DNA of 20,000 bases from an uncultured virus (IMG/VR IMGVR_UViG_3300042386_000493) (lineage: Duplodnaviria; Heunggongvirae; Uroviricota; Caudoviricetes). The translations under genes and the position numbers were made by a program. Positions within the stretch are counted from its first letter, which is position 1, and each line of letters begins with the position of its first letter. The stretch lies in the IMG/VR virus record IMGVR_UViG_3300042386_000493; one strand, 5' to 3'. The notes below the pieces were generated by a model that did no database searches, was not told where the DNA came from, and was given only the letters and a program-made list of their open reading frames with translations. This document shows, piece after piece, positions 8,566 to 17,218 of the stretch.

Positions 8566-9717
8566 TTACTTACCAAAGCTATTCAAGAACTCCTCGGCTG
8601 GGCTTACTACTTTGTCAACGGGTTTAGTTGGAGCGGGTCTATCCGTGATAGGGGCGAGATTATGCTTTTCAGCTATAATGCGTTCTCGTATCTTCCCCTC
8701 TGCCGCTTTGATACCTTCAACTACAAAAGCCTCAATCTTGCTATTCCGCAAGGACGACTCTATCGCTGAACGCACGGCTTGGATTCCCTTTTCATCGGGA
8801 TTCGCCATTCCTAATACTCCGACACTTTTAAGATTTTCAAGTGCTGACGATACTTCTTGTTCGCTAACCGCGAGTGTAATCGGTATCTTGCCAACTCCTT
8901 CAACCTTAGTGTCAACTTCCATAGTTACTGCCTTTACTGAACTCTTCACACTAGGTAGTTGTTGCTCCCATTGTGCGTCCCTTTCAGAAGTCAACCTTTG
9001 TTGCTCTTGGGCTTGGTTTTGCAAAGTTAGGAAAAAGTTGTCATTTCCTACAAATTCTTCTTTCTTTTTTTCTATGTTGTTCAATGCTTTAACACCATCG
9101 ACTTGAAGTGATACAGGAAGTTCATATCCTTCTTCACCATATTCACTCAAATCTACCCCGTTTTTGTTAGCCACATAGGTTCTTAACTTGTCTAATCCTA
9201 TCTTAGCTAATTCAGGGTCGCTAATAGCTTCATTTAGCACGAGGGCTTGTAGCGGGTCTTTGCTCAACTGCTCTTTTGTTGTCGATAAAACTTGTTGTGC
9301 AAGGTTAAAGTCATTGATGCCCGTCTTAGCAATAAAGTTGTTGATTTGCATAATCGTTTCATTAGCAAATGGATTCCTTACGTGTTCTAGGGCGGACGAT
9401 TCTTGCTTTAATGTGTTGTAATCCGATTCAAGAGTATTGTACTTATCTAGTCTTTGTCTCAACTCATCCTCACTTGTTACACCAAACTTTGAAAAGTCAT
9501 AAGACTGTGTTGGTTCGGGAGTATGAGCTGGTTCTCCGTTTGTCGGCGCAATAGGTTCGGGCGTTGGCGTAGGAGCTGGTTCGGCTGACGGTGTAGGTTC
9601 GTTTTGAGGTGACGGGTTCTCTTGTAGATACTGCGCTCTCATATCGTCCTCACTACCGCTTGGGTTGCGTTGTGCAAAGTCCATTGCGTACTCTGCGGGA
9701 ATTGTTACATTTTCCAT
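8566..9717 (-). CDS. Scaffold-like head assembly protein
   Basis: Acidic and helical, with a Pro/Glu/Thr-rich disordered N-terminus (EPTP-like units), located between portal and capsid genes. Confidence 0.65.
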   Translation of the reverse strand: MENVTIPAEYAMDFAQRNPSGSEDDMRAQYLQENPSPQNEPTPSAEPAPTPTPEPIAPTNGEPAHTPEPTQSYDFSKFGVTSEDELRQRLDKYNTLESDYNTLKQESSALEHVRNPFANETIMQINNFIAKTGINDFNLAQQVLSTTKEQLSKDPLQALVLNEAISDPELAKIGLDKLRTYVANKNGVDLSEYGEEGYELPVSLQVDGVKALNNIEKKKEEFVGNDNFFLTLQNQAQEQQRLTSERDAQWEQQLPSVKSSVKAVTMEVDTKVEGVGKIPITLAVSEQEVSSALENLKSVGVLGMANPDEKGIQAVRSAIESSLRNSKIEAFVVEGIKAAEGKIRERIIAEKHNLAPITDRPAPTKPVDKVVSPAEEFLNSFGK

Positions 9718-9739
9718 TTATTTTTTGTTTTTATTTGTT

Positions 9740-12082
9740 TTAAATTTTACCCGTTATCTCAAGACCTTGCATAGCTTGTAGGCTACCCTCCAAAGTCATT
9801 GTTTCTAAGTCAGCGTTCTTTTGCGCTTCAATCTTCATCAAGTCCGCTTCTAGTTGCGCCCCAATCTTAGCCGTATCTTCCCCTAGTTTAAGTTGAGATA
9901 CCACTTGCATTTGTTGAGTTTTCATTTGCTCCGCCGCTTGTGCTGATTTAATTTGATTTTCCGCGTTAATAGCGCTCATTCGCTCTTGGTTCGCTTGAAT
10001 TTGTTTAGCTACTCTTTCCTCACTTATAATGATGAACTTTTGAGCCAACTCGTCGTAACCATCTTCTAGCAATCTTTCCACAAACATAGCATCCGCACTT
10101 GTCACGCCCACTTGTCCGTTCTTACCTGCTTTCAATGACTCCGCAAGAATACCCATTATATAAGCCTTTCTTTGAGCCGTAGTTGTTGACTTTAACTTGA
10201 TACCGATAGATTCCAAGCTAAGTGTTTCTATGCTATCTACCGCCGCGAAGAACATATCTCCAAGAATGCCTTTGTAGTATTTTTTACACTTAGGGTCTCC
10301 CGCGATATTAACGCGAACCTTTTGTATCATCTTCTTTGCCGCTTTCTCTTTCATTCGCATTATTGCAAATCTCAAAGCGTTCAAAGCATTATTGGTAGTG
10401 TCAATCTCCATTTGAGCCACACCCTTCAACTTCTCCGCACTAGCCATTGGCGTTGCTACCGCCGCATCCGTCAATCCCGCCACTCTTTGCATTGTAGCTT
10501 CAATATGAACTTGGTAGGTTAACCATTCATCTAATTGCGTACCGATACCGTTTTGAAGTTCCGTAATGGCACTAGCGTTGTTGTAACGTTGCCCTACCTC
10601 ATACCTAGACGCAAAGAATTGGTTACCCGTTTCTCTACGTACCCTTGCGATTTCTAAAGCCGTGCTTTTTCCTAATCCAAAGTCTACGTTACTCAAAATA
10701 CCCACGTCAATAGCCAAACCCTTAGGGGCTGCGGCTAATACTGCGGCACGTAATTTATAAGTAGCCATTGCTTGGTCATCTAATAGAGAAACCCATCTTT
10801 CAACCACGCTTCTACCCGCCATTCTTTCGTGGAAGTAACTTAACGTCACCCCGCCGTCCGAGTCGCGCATCATATTCTTTTGTAGCCCGTAGTCGTAAAC
10901 GTGAGGCGTATTGATAATCCAATATCCTTCGTAAATTACTTGCTCGTAGAACGTATCTGTTTTTCTTTCACGACCATCCGCGTAAGATTTCTTTACTCTA
11001 TCCTCTTGCTTGTAAACGTAATTACCGTTACTTGCTTTTCTGCCCACAAAGTGTTTTTGGTCGTCACTCTTATACTCAAAGTGCATAACGTCAATCAAGA
11101 AGTCATACCATAGGTAACGAGAAGTAACAGGGTCGCGGTTTTCCCAATTATAAATAGTTGGGTCTGCAATACCATTTGCGGCACTAAACATTCGCGCAAT
11201 ACCTCTTAGTTCATCGTCGCTAATGCTTGGCATTTTTGCCTTAATAACATATAAAGGAACTCTTTGTATATACCCCGCAAATGGAGGGTCTAAATCAGGG
11301 TTATTATCGTCGTAAACGGTAACGTAGTAAGCGGGGTTTAAATACTCCATTCTTACACTTCCGTCATTATGAGTCTTTACCCTTCCGCAAACAAAAGCCG
11401 TTTGCAATCCAGCGTCTAACATTTTATCTCGAACCTTTGACCAGTCGGAAATATCAAATCCGTGTTCGGCTATCATTGAGAGTGCGGTTTCTAGTGGTAA
11501 TCTAAAACCGTTAATGTTTTCGTATAGTTCTAACTCCGCTTTCGTTTGTGGGGCAAAGTCGGGTTCTTGAAAAGGCACACCTAATTCTTTCTTTAGCGGA
11601 TTGAATAGTTTTGCATCCACATACATTTTCCACTTCTTTACGTTCTTCTCTTTAATAGAGGCGTAGCTATTAGAACTAACCACTACTTTATAATCCGATT
11701 GCGTAAGAAGTGCTTTAATAGTCGCTAGAAACATTGGTGCGGAACTAACAATAGAATTTTGGTCAAACCCAATATTGTTATATCCTTTTCTATGATTCTC
11801 TGAATATTGATTGCCGTTACCTGCCGCAGTAGAGTTTTTAGCACTCTCCCCACGATACTGCTTACGGTATCTATCGGGTGATTGACGACCCTCTGCGTAT
11901 GCCTTAATAGTATTGAAATAGGATAGGTTGCCGTATGGCTGACCACCCGCGCCGTATGGGTATGGTGCGGAAAACCAACGCCCATAGATAGCTTGGGCTA
12001 TTTGCTTACCATACTCTTGCGTTTCTTTTTTATCCCTTGAAACTTCGTCGCTTGGGAAAGTTGATTGATAGACATTAATCAT
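9740..12082 (-). CDS. Portal protein
   Basis: About 780 aa directly after terL, with an N-terminal FPS...K...EYG.Q.A.AI...WF pattern and a Q/E-rich C-terminal helical barrel. Start moved from TTG 12106 to ATG 12082 because the TTG is part of a promoter box. Confidence 0.85.
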   Translation of the reverse strand: MINVYQSTFPSDEVSRDKKETQEYGKQIAQAIYGRWFSAPYPYGAGGQPYGNLSYFNTIKAYAEGRQSPDRYRKQYRGESAKNSTAAGNGNQYSENHRKGYNNIGFDQNSIVSSAPMFLATIKALLTQSDYKVVVSSNSYASIKEKNVKKWKMYVDAKLFNPLKKELGVPFQEPDFAPQTKAELELYENINGFRLPLETALSMIAEHGFDISDWSKVRDKMLDAGLQTAFVCGRVKTHNDGSVRMEYLNPAYYVTVYDDNNPDLDPPFAGYIQRVPLYVIKAKMPSISDDELRGIARMFSAANGIADPTIYNWENRDPVTSRYLWYDFLIDVMHFEYKSDDQKHFVGRKASNGNYVYKQEDRVKKSYADGRERKTDTFYEQVIYEGYWIINTPHVYDYGLQKNMMRDSDGGVTLSYFHERMAGRSVVERWVSLLDDQAMATYKLRAAVLAAAPKGLAIDVGILSNVDFGLGKSTALEIARVRRETGNQFFASRYEVGQRYNNASAITELQNGIGTQLDEWLTYQVHIEATMQRVAGLTDAAVATPMASAEKLKGVAQMEIDTTNNALNALRFAIMRMKEKAAKKMIQKVRVNIAGDPKCKKYYKGILGDMFFAAVDSIETLSLESIGIKLKSTTTAQRKAYIMGILAESLKAGKNGQVGVTSADAMFVERLLEDGYDELAQKFIIISEERVAKQIQANQERMSAINAENQIKSAQAAEQMKTQQMQVVSQLKLGEDTAKIGAQLEADLMKIEAQKNADLETMTLEGSLQAMQGLEITGKI

Positions 12083-12103
12083 TGGGCGTCCAACTATTTT
12101 GAG

Positions 12104-12136
12104 CAAATTTAACGAAAATTTACGTTTGTTGGCAAA
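12104..12136 (-). promoter_or_regulatory. Sigma-A promoter TTTG-N21-TAAATTTG for portal-scaffold-capsid
   Basis: -7 box at 12111..12104 and TTTG at 12136..12133, in the terL-portal gap. Confidence 0.8.
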
Positions 12137-12147
12137 TTTTTATTATA

Positions 12148-14550
12148 TCAATCGTACATTTCAATCAAACCGCCACCGTCTTGTTTGTCGTCATTCCTTT
12201 TCATTAACTCCGTAAACTTGCTTTCAGCACCAAGTAGCGCCATACCCCCAGCCGCAAATAAGTCTAAGTCCGTCATATCTTCAAAACTTTGAGCGTCACC
12301 AATTTCCTCCAACAACTCCAAGTGTCTTGCCCTATGACCCACATTGTTTACGTAGTCACCGTACTTGCTAAATATTCTTTCCTTAGTCGCGTTATCCGTC
12401 CATACACCCACTACTTTTTCAAATTCTCCCCTAACGTGGTTGAACATTGGTAATAAAAATGCGCTTGCGTTATTTACCTTAAAGTAAGTTATCAAGTGAC
12501 CAACGTTTCTTTCCGACACCACCATAGAGCCAAATAGAGCCGCCGCCATTAGCATATCTTCGCAATACTCGTCCGTAGTTTCAGTCCTGTTGTTATACGT
12601 CATTACAAAGTCTCCCGTGATGTGGTCGGATGGTGACTTATCCGCAGAGTCAATTAGCGGGTTAGTAGGCATAAACATTGCCCCACCACCGTTTGATTTC
12701 TTCTTACTTGTTGTGTCTGCGGCGTTAAAGCTAAATGGGTCACAACCTAGCACATACCTACCTAAAAGTTCGGTCTTAGGCTTAAAAGAATTTTGAGCGT
12801 CGTCCCAAATAAATTGGTTTCGATACATTTCGGCTGGCGGTAAACTTAGAATAAACTTACCCTCTTCTCCTTCGGGTGGGTCTACAATTTCTATCGTACT
12901 CCATCTCCCTTGCGTCCATTTCAAATTTACACTTCTCGTTTGGTTGTCCACAAATTTTAAGTCTGCCATACGACCCATCAACTTGCTAATATCCCAAAAG
13001 TTTGTCTTATTCGCCTTACTTGCCGCTTCTCTTAGAGTAAATGGGTTGTTACGCTTCTCTGTGTTCAACGCCACAAAGTTCTTTTGTTCCTCGTAAAACT
13101 TTCTATTTTTTAGCAAATAAGACTTAGCTCCTTCTTCAACTAATATCCCGTCCAAGTTTTTAACCACGGGGAATGGGTCTTCAATTATTGAGTACCCGAA
13201 CTCATCTACGAATCCGTCGTAACCGTCGTATGCTGGAATAAACAAAGTTACTAGCCCCGATACCGTTTGACCATTATCGTTTCTCTTATGACTAAAGGAC
13301 TGCTTACATAAATCAAAATACTCCTTACCCCCGCCGCTTTCAAACTCTCCAAAAGTAGAGGTGTAAATCGCTAACCCGTGAACCTTTTGACCTTGTGCCA
13401 ATGCGTTCTTAATTGTATCAGCAAATTCAAAGGCAATATCCGCGTTTTCCTTTTTTCCCGCCTCGTCATTTAAGTAAAAGAATAGCTTGTTACCGTCAAA
13501 CGCTTTGTTGGCGGAACTACGTGGTATAATCCAACCGCCGTGACTTACTATGTCATCACCGAAATTAGTAGCGCCCTTCTTAGTAAAAACTAGAGCGTTA
13601 GTGTCGGACGGGTTAGCGGTTGGCTTAAAAAAGAACGGGTAGTGATACCAGCTCTTTAATATCTTGCCTTGATAAACGTCTTTTGTTGCCGTTTCCTCCG
13701 TCAATGCTTGAATAGCGAAAGTCCCCATTGAGTTGTCTATCGCTACTCTAGTTCCTACGTGCGCTCCCATAAATGTAGCCCCAACCCTTCGACGTTTCGG
13801 GAACACAACCCCTAGCACCGTTCTAAAGTCCATTTCTACATTCTTAAAACCCTTTCCGTTGTTGTCGTCCAAAATATAATCGTTACCACCCGTTTCAAGT
13901 CGGCAGTATTGGTTCGCGCTCATTAAATTGTTGAAATACTTGGTTCGTACTTCTCCTCTCTTTCTAAATGTAGCCTTGTACTTGAAGTTAGTTTCGGTTG
14001 TGGTATAAGCCCACTTAAAGAAGTGGAATATTCGTCTATCTACGTCACGGTAGTCGGGGAGTCTATCCCTTCTCCTGTCGTTGTCTATAAGCCAATAATT
14101 GAGGTAGGTAAAGTGCCATCCGCAAATGTAGGTAGGGCGACCTTTGATAAAACACCAATACCCTTGCAGACTTCTCTTAATAATGACTTTCATCCATTCT
14201 ATTTCGTCTTTGTAGAATAAAGGATTGGACTCAATTTCATCAAAAATATCTTCGGTGTATATCTTCTTGTCGTCTTTTATGTTGTACTTGCGACGCATAT
14301 TTTCTTCTATGTTCGCTAGTTTTGGAGGCAGTTTAAACAAGCCCCCATCTCGATAAGTGTCGAACTTTTGTTTTTCGGGCGGCAAACCGTAACCGTCAAT
14401 TTCTTTAATTGCTTCTAGCCACGGCTTTCCAAAAAACGATTCAACACTTGGCATTCGAACTTCAATCCCACCTTCAACGGCAAGGTCAGGGTCGTTCTCG
14501 TTATAAAAAATTGAAGTTTCTTCTTTTATGTATTGGTCTAGGTACTCCAT
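12148..14550 (-). CDS. terL: Terminase large subunit
   Basis: Walker A-like KRRRVGAT, Walker B FYLNDEAGK, coupling motif YTST, and RNase H-like nuclease motifs YVLGCDPF, VVSERN and DLDLFAA. Confidence 0.92.
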   Translation of the reverse strand: MEYLDQYIKEETSIFYNENDPDLAVEGGIEVRMPSVESFFGKPWLEAIKEIDGYGLPPEKQKFDTYRDGGLFKLPPKLANIEENMRRKYNIKDDKKIYTEDIFDEIESNPLFYKDEIEWMKVIIKRSLQGYWCFIKGRPTYICGWHFTYLNYWLIDNDRRRDRLPDYRDVDRRIFHFFKWAYTTTETNFKYKATFRKRGEVRTKYFNNLMSANQYCRLETGGNDYILDDNNGKGFKNVEMDFRTVLGVVFPKRRRVGATFMGAHVGTRVAIDNSMGTFAIQALTEETATKDVYQGKILKSWYHYPFFFKPTANPSDTNALVFTKKGATNFGDDIVSHGGWIIPRSSANKAFDGNKLFFYLNDEAGKKENADIAFEFADTIKNALAQGQKVHGLAIYTSTFGEFESGGGKEYFDLCKQSFSHKRNDNGQTVSGLVTLFIPAYDGYDGFVDEFGYSIIEDPFPVVKNLDGILVEEGAKSYLLKNRKFYEEQKNFVALNTEKRNNPFTLREAASKANKTNFWDISKLMGRMADLKFVDNQTRSVNLKWTQGRWSTIEIVDPPEGEEGKFILSLPPAEMYRNQFIWDDAQNSFKPKTELLGRYVLGCDPFSFNAADTTSKKKSNGGGAMFMPTNPLIDSADKSPSDHITGDFVMTYNNRTETTDEYCEDMLMAAALFGSMVVSERNVGHLITYFKVNNASAFLLPMFNHVRGEFEKVVGVWTDNATKERIFSKYGDYVNNVGHRARHLELLEEIGDAQSFEDMTDLDLFAAGGMALLGAESKFTELMKRNDDKQDGGGLIEMYD

Positions 14551-14553
14551 AGA

Positions 14554-15270
14554 TTAATCTCCTACTTCGGAATATATTTTTCCACCCTTAGCTTGATGCG
14601 GCTTTTCCACCTTGTAGTTTTGCATCACACGCTCCTCTACTCGCAAACCGAGTGTAGCGTAAGCAACAAACTCGCTTACTTCTTGCTCTAATATTTTGCT
14701 CTTATCATTCTCCAGCATTCGCTTCTTACACTCCTCAATTTGTTTTCTAATGTCCTCAATAGCCTTTTGTCTTGCCACTTGTTTTGTTGGGTCGTCTGGC
14801 AGTTTCATACTAAGCACCTCTTCCAAGTCCTCTTGCGACTTTAGCATAATAGCCCAATCGCTTGAACATTGCAACGTTAGGAAAGCCGCTATCTTTTTTA
14901 AGATTAAACGGTTCTTGTTCGCCAACATATCACTTACGTTCCTTTCGTACTTGTTCTCTTTGTTGGGAAAGATATTAAGCATTTCCATTATCTTAGTTTT
15001 CCGCTTTCCTATCTTTGGGTAACTATCGATATAACTACTTCCTAGCGCGTACATCATTATAATATACCGCATTACAAGTTCGTTGTCTAGCCCGTTTAAG
15101 GTCACAAGACGCACCTCTTTGCTTGTTTCTCCGTCATCACCCACTATCTCTACTTCTAATTCCATTTCGGTAGTTGTAAAGACTTCTAATGAGTTTAGTT
15201 CTGCGTGGGCGGTAAATACAGACTCGCTACCAAGCCTGTACTTACCAACCGTTTCAGTTTTCTTTTTCAT
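14554..15270 (-). CDS. Hypothetical helical protein, candidate terminase small subunit
   Basis: 238 aa ending 3 nt before terL, with a coiled-coil C-terminal half. Function inferred from position. Confidence 0.5.
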   Translation of the reverse strand: MKKKTETVGKYRLGSESVFTAHAELNSLEVFTTTEMELEVEIVGDDGETSKEVRLVTLNGLDNELVMRYIIMMYALGSSYIDSYPKIGKRKTKIMEMLNIFPNKENKYERNVSDMLANKNRLILKKIAAFLTLQCSSDWAIMLKSQEDLEEVLSMKLPDDPTKQVARQKAIEDIRKQIEECKKRMLENDKSKILEQEVSEFVAYATLGLRVEERVMQNYKVEKPHQAKGGKIYSEVGD

Positions 15271-15940
15271 CTTTTGTTTGTTTTGCTAATATGTCCGTCG
15301 ACCGAAAGTAATAGAACTCGTCTAGTTCACTACGATAGTCGTCCTCCAACTTCCCCGCCACCCCGCCATTTGAGTCTATTTTGACGGTATCTCCTATTTC
15401 ACATCGGATAATTTGTCTACCACTAGCGTATTTACCGTGAAAACTTGGCACGTACACAACTTTAAACCTATCGGGTGGTGGCTCAGATAAACTCGAAACG
15501 CTTAAATCGATTATACTGCTTTTTACCGCTTCGGTTTTTACCGCAATACACCTATCATTCAAGGCTATCATCTTGTCGCCTCTTTTCGCTAAATAGATTT
15601 CGGGATATGGAATAATAATATACTCCTTGCCGTCTACTTCAAATCTTGCGTTCTCTTTTAGCAAGAGCAAGTTACCCGTAGCGTTAGCGCTCCACCACAC
15701 TTTATCTCCCACCTCCAGCTCCATTTCGCTTTTGAAGTCGTAACCCATTTGTAGAATATCAGTATTCACGGGTATCTTTATAACCAATCCACTACGGGCG
15801 GCAAAACTTGAACGGGTTTCATCTCCAACTGGGTTAATGTGGATTGAGCCTATCTTGGACGTTTCAAATTCATCGACCAAAATAAGAACGCGCCCGTCTT
15901 TCATTACCATTCGGTCAAACTGTTCTTTTGTTAAATTCAT
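15254..15940 (-). CDS. Tandem two-domain GroES/Cpn10-like protein
   Basis: Domain 1: DGRVLI..., SGLVIKIP, LEVGDKVWW, VDGKEYIIIPYPEIY. Domain 2: IALNDRCIAV, FKVVYV, EIGDTVKI, FYYFRSTDILA. The ATG at 15940 (AAACAAAATG context, just after the upstream stop) is preferred over 15973. Confidence 0.75.
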   Translation of the reverse strand: MNLTKEQFDRMVMKDGRVLILVDEFETSKIGSIHINPVGDETRSSFAARSGLVIKIPVNTDILQMGYDFKSEMELEVGDKVWWSANATGNLLLLKENARFEVDGKEYIIIPYPEIYLAKRGDKMIALNDRCIAVKTEAVKSSIIDLSVSSLSEPPPDRFKVVYVPSFHGKYASGRQIIRCEIGDTVKIDSNGGVAGKLEDDYRSELDEFYYFRSTDILAKQTKDEKEN

Positions 15941-15945
15941 TTTGT

Positions 15946-16344
15946 TTATAAGTATAGCCCCAACAATATCCAAATAGTAGCCATATACCCGATTAAGAGT
16001 AAGTATAGCCTAGTGGAATAAGTAAACGAAAAGATAGCGGTTGTACCGTGACTTTGCGCTTTCCATTTTAATTTATATATCGTCGGGTTCAATTTGTTTC
16101 TAACTACGTAATAAGCCCCGTCGTGGTAGAAAGGGAATGTTAAGGTTGCGGGAATAAACATCAGGTAACTGCATTTAAGCCCGTAAATAAGCGTTGTCAC
16201 TATAACACCTCGGATAACCGTAAAGAGTACGTGTATGTGCTTGTATTTGAATCCAAGGTCTGGACGAAGGTGAAATAAAATAGCTTCTTGCTCTCCCAAG
16301 ATTATCGCTACTACCGTCCATAATGTTAAGAATAACAATTCCAT
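15946..16344 (-). CDS. Multi-pass membrane protein of unknown function
   Basis: 132 aa with 3-4 hydrophobic segments and its own promoter box. Confidence 0.7.
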   Translation of the reverse strand: MELLFLTLWTVVAIILGEQEAILFHLRPDLGFKYKHIHVLFTVIRGVIVTTLIYGLKCSYLMFIPATLTFPFYHDGAYYVVRNKLNPTIYKLKWKAQSHGTTAIFSFTYSTRLYLLLIGYMATIWILLGLYL

Positions 16345-16348
16345 AAGG

Positions 16349-16356
16349 CAAATATA
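16349..16356 (-). promoter_or_regulatory. Sigma-A -7 box TATATTTG, 4 nt before the ATG; likely start of the packaging operon
   Basis: Exact TAnnTTTG match directly after the terminator. Confidence 0.7.
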
Positions 16357-16360
16357 GTGT

Positions 16361-16395
16361 AAAAGCCGAACCCCTCACGAAAGAGGGGCGCGGTT
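16361..16395 (-). terminator. Intrinsic terminator ending the replication/recombination block
   Basis: GCCCCTC-TTTCGT-GAGGGGT core with an outer CCG/CGG pairing, then TTTT. Confidence 0.8.
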
Positions 16396-16442
16396 TATTA
16401 AACAAAACAAAATGAAAACATTTGTACCGAACGGCACATCAT
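16361..16442 (-). ncRNA. Candidate ~80-nt small RNA
   Basis: TAACTTTG box at 16454..16447, 5' hairpin TGTGCC-GTTC-GGTACA, a U-rich linker, then the terminator. Confidence 0.4.
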
Positions 16443-16663
16443 TTCACAAAGTTACGCTTATAATTGTCGTATGCCGCACCCCCTCGGAAATAAATTGTAA
16501 CAATAGCCGCCACAAAGATTAGCGGTACTGACCAAACACTCCAATTCACCAAATACTCATAGTTTTTCGTGATTGTAATCACCGAAAATAGGGTAAAAAT
16601 GGTGAACAGGACAATTAGGTTGGTGTAATTGTTCCTTTTAAAATACTCTCGTTTAGTTATCAT
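16439..16663 (-). CDS. Small two-TM membrane protein
   Basis: 74 aa with two hydrophobic helices and basic termini; ATGA overlap with the ninG stop. Confidence 0.7.
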   Translation of the reverse strand: MITKREYFKRNNYTNLIVLFTIFTLFSVITITKNYEYLVNWSVWSVPLIFVAAIVTIYFRGGAAYDNYKRNFVK

Positions 16664-17187
16664 TTTAGTTCCTTTATCTTTTGTTTGTACACCTCTATCA
16701 GTTCTTTGATTTCGGGTATTGTTAGTTTTAACTCTCCGTTTCTTCTCTCATTTAATTTATCAAACTCCTCTTGCCCTATTCGATTTGGCAATCTTAATGC
16801 GTACTCTACTAGGTTTCCGTGTAGGTGGAGATTGCAATGGGAGCAACTTCTAAAAACGTTCATTTCATCAAATCTAAGATTGGGATAACTGCCTACTGAC
16901 CAAAAATGGGAAGCGTGACCGTTTGTCACGGGTCTATCACAACTAATACAAGGCAACCCCTTATCTCTCTCTCTTATGTAAGTATTGAAAACTTTTTGAA
17001 GTAAGTTACGCCAGTCACTAGCCGTCATTAATGCCTCTAGCCTAACCTTCTTTTCTTTTGCCCAGCTCTTTTTACTTTCCTTTTTACCTTCCGCTATTGC
17101 ACACGCTACTGAGCAAGTCTTTTGAAAAGAGTTATTGGGACTAAACTTGTTTCCGCATTGCTTACATTTCTTTTCTTTAGTTCGCAC
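16660..17187 (-). CDS. ninG: NinG/Rap-family recombination endonuclease
   Basis: KCKQC...CSVACA, Q..FN.YIR.RD...PCISC, HASHF.SVG...LRFDE.N...C..CN.HLHGN. GTG start. Confidence 0.92.
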   Translation of the reverse strand: MRTKEKKCKQCGNKFSPNNSFQKTCSVACAIAEGKKESKKSWAKEKKVRLEALMTASDWRNLLQKVFNTYIRERDKGLPCISCDRPVTNGHASHFWSVGSYPNLRFDEMNVFRSCSHCNLHLHGNLVEYALRLPNRIGQEEFDKLNERRNGELKLTIPEIKELIEVYKQKIKELK

Positions 17188-17218
17188 CTCGTTTTAAATT
17201 TAAGTCAATCTCATTGTA

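Noticed and set aside
9500..9620. Repeat array in the scaffold gene
   Set aside because: These are degenerate EPxP-coding units of a disordered linker, not CRISPR or an exact DNA repeat.
12148..14550. Intein or intron in the terminase
   Set aside because: The ORF is continuous, with no C/S...HN splice junctions or LAGLIDADG motifs.
3960..16405. Short alternative-frame minus ORFs (3960-4148, 7979-8173, 11725-11985, 16175-16405)
   Set aside because: They are nested out of frame in real genes or run through a terminator and promoter.
16412..16522. Plus-strand 36-codon ORF (MKTFVPNG...) with a good A-rich start context
   Set aside because: It is antisense to the 74-aa gene and has no plus-strand promoter. 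The start-like sequence is better explained as the complement of the candidate sRNA linker.
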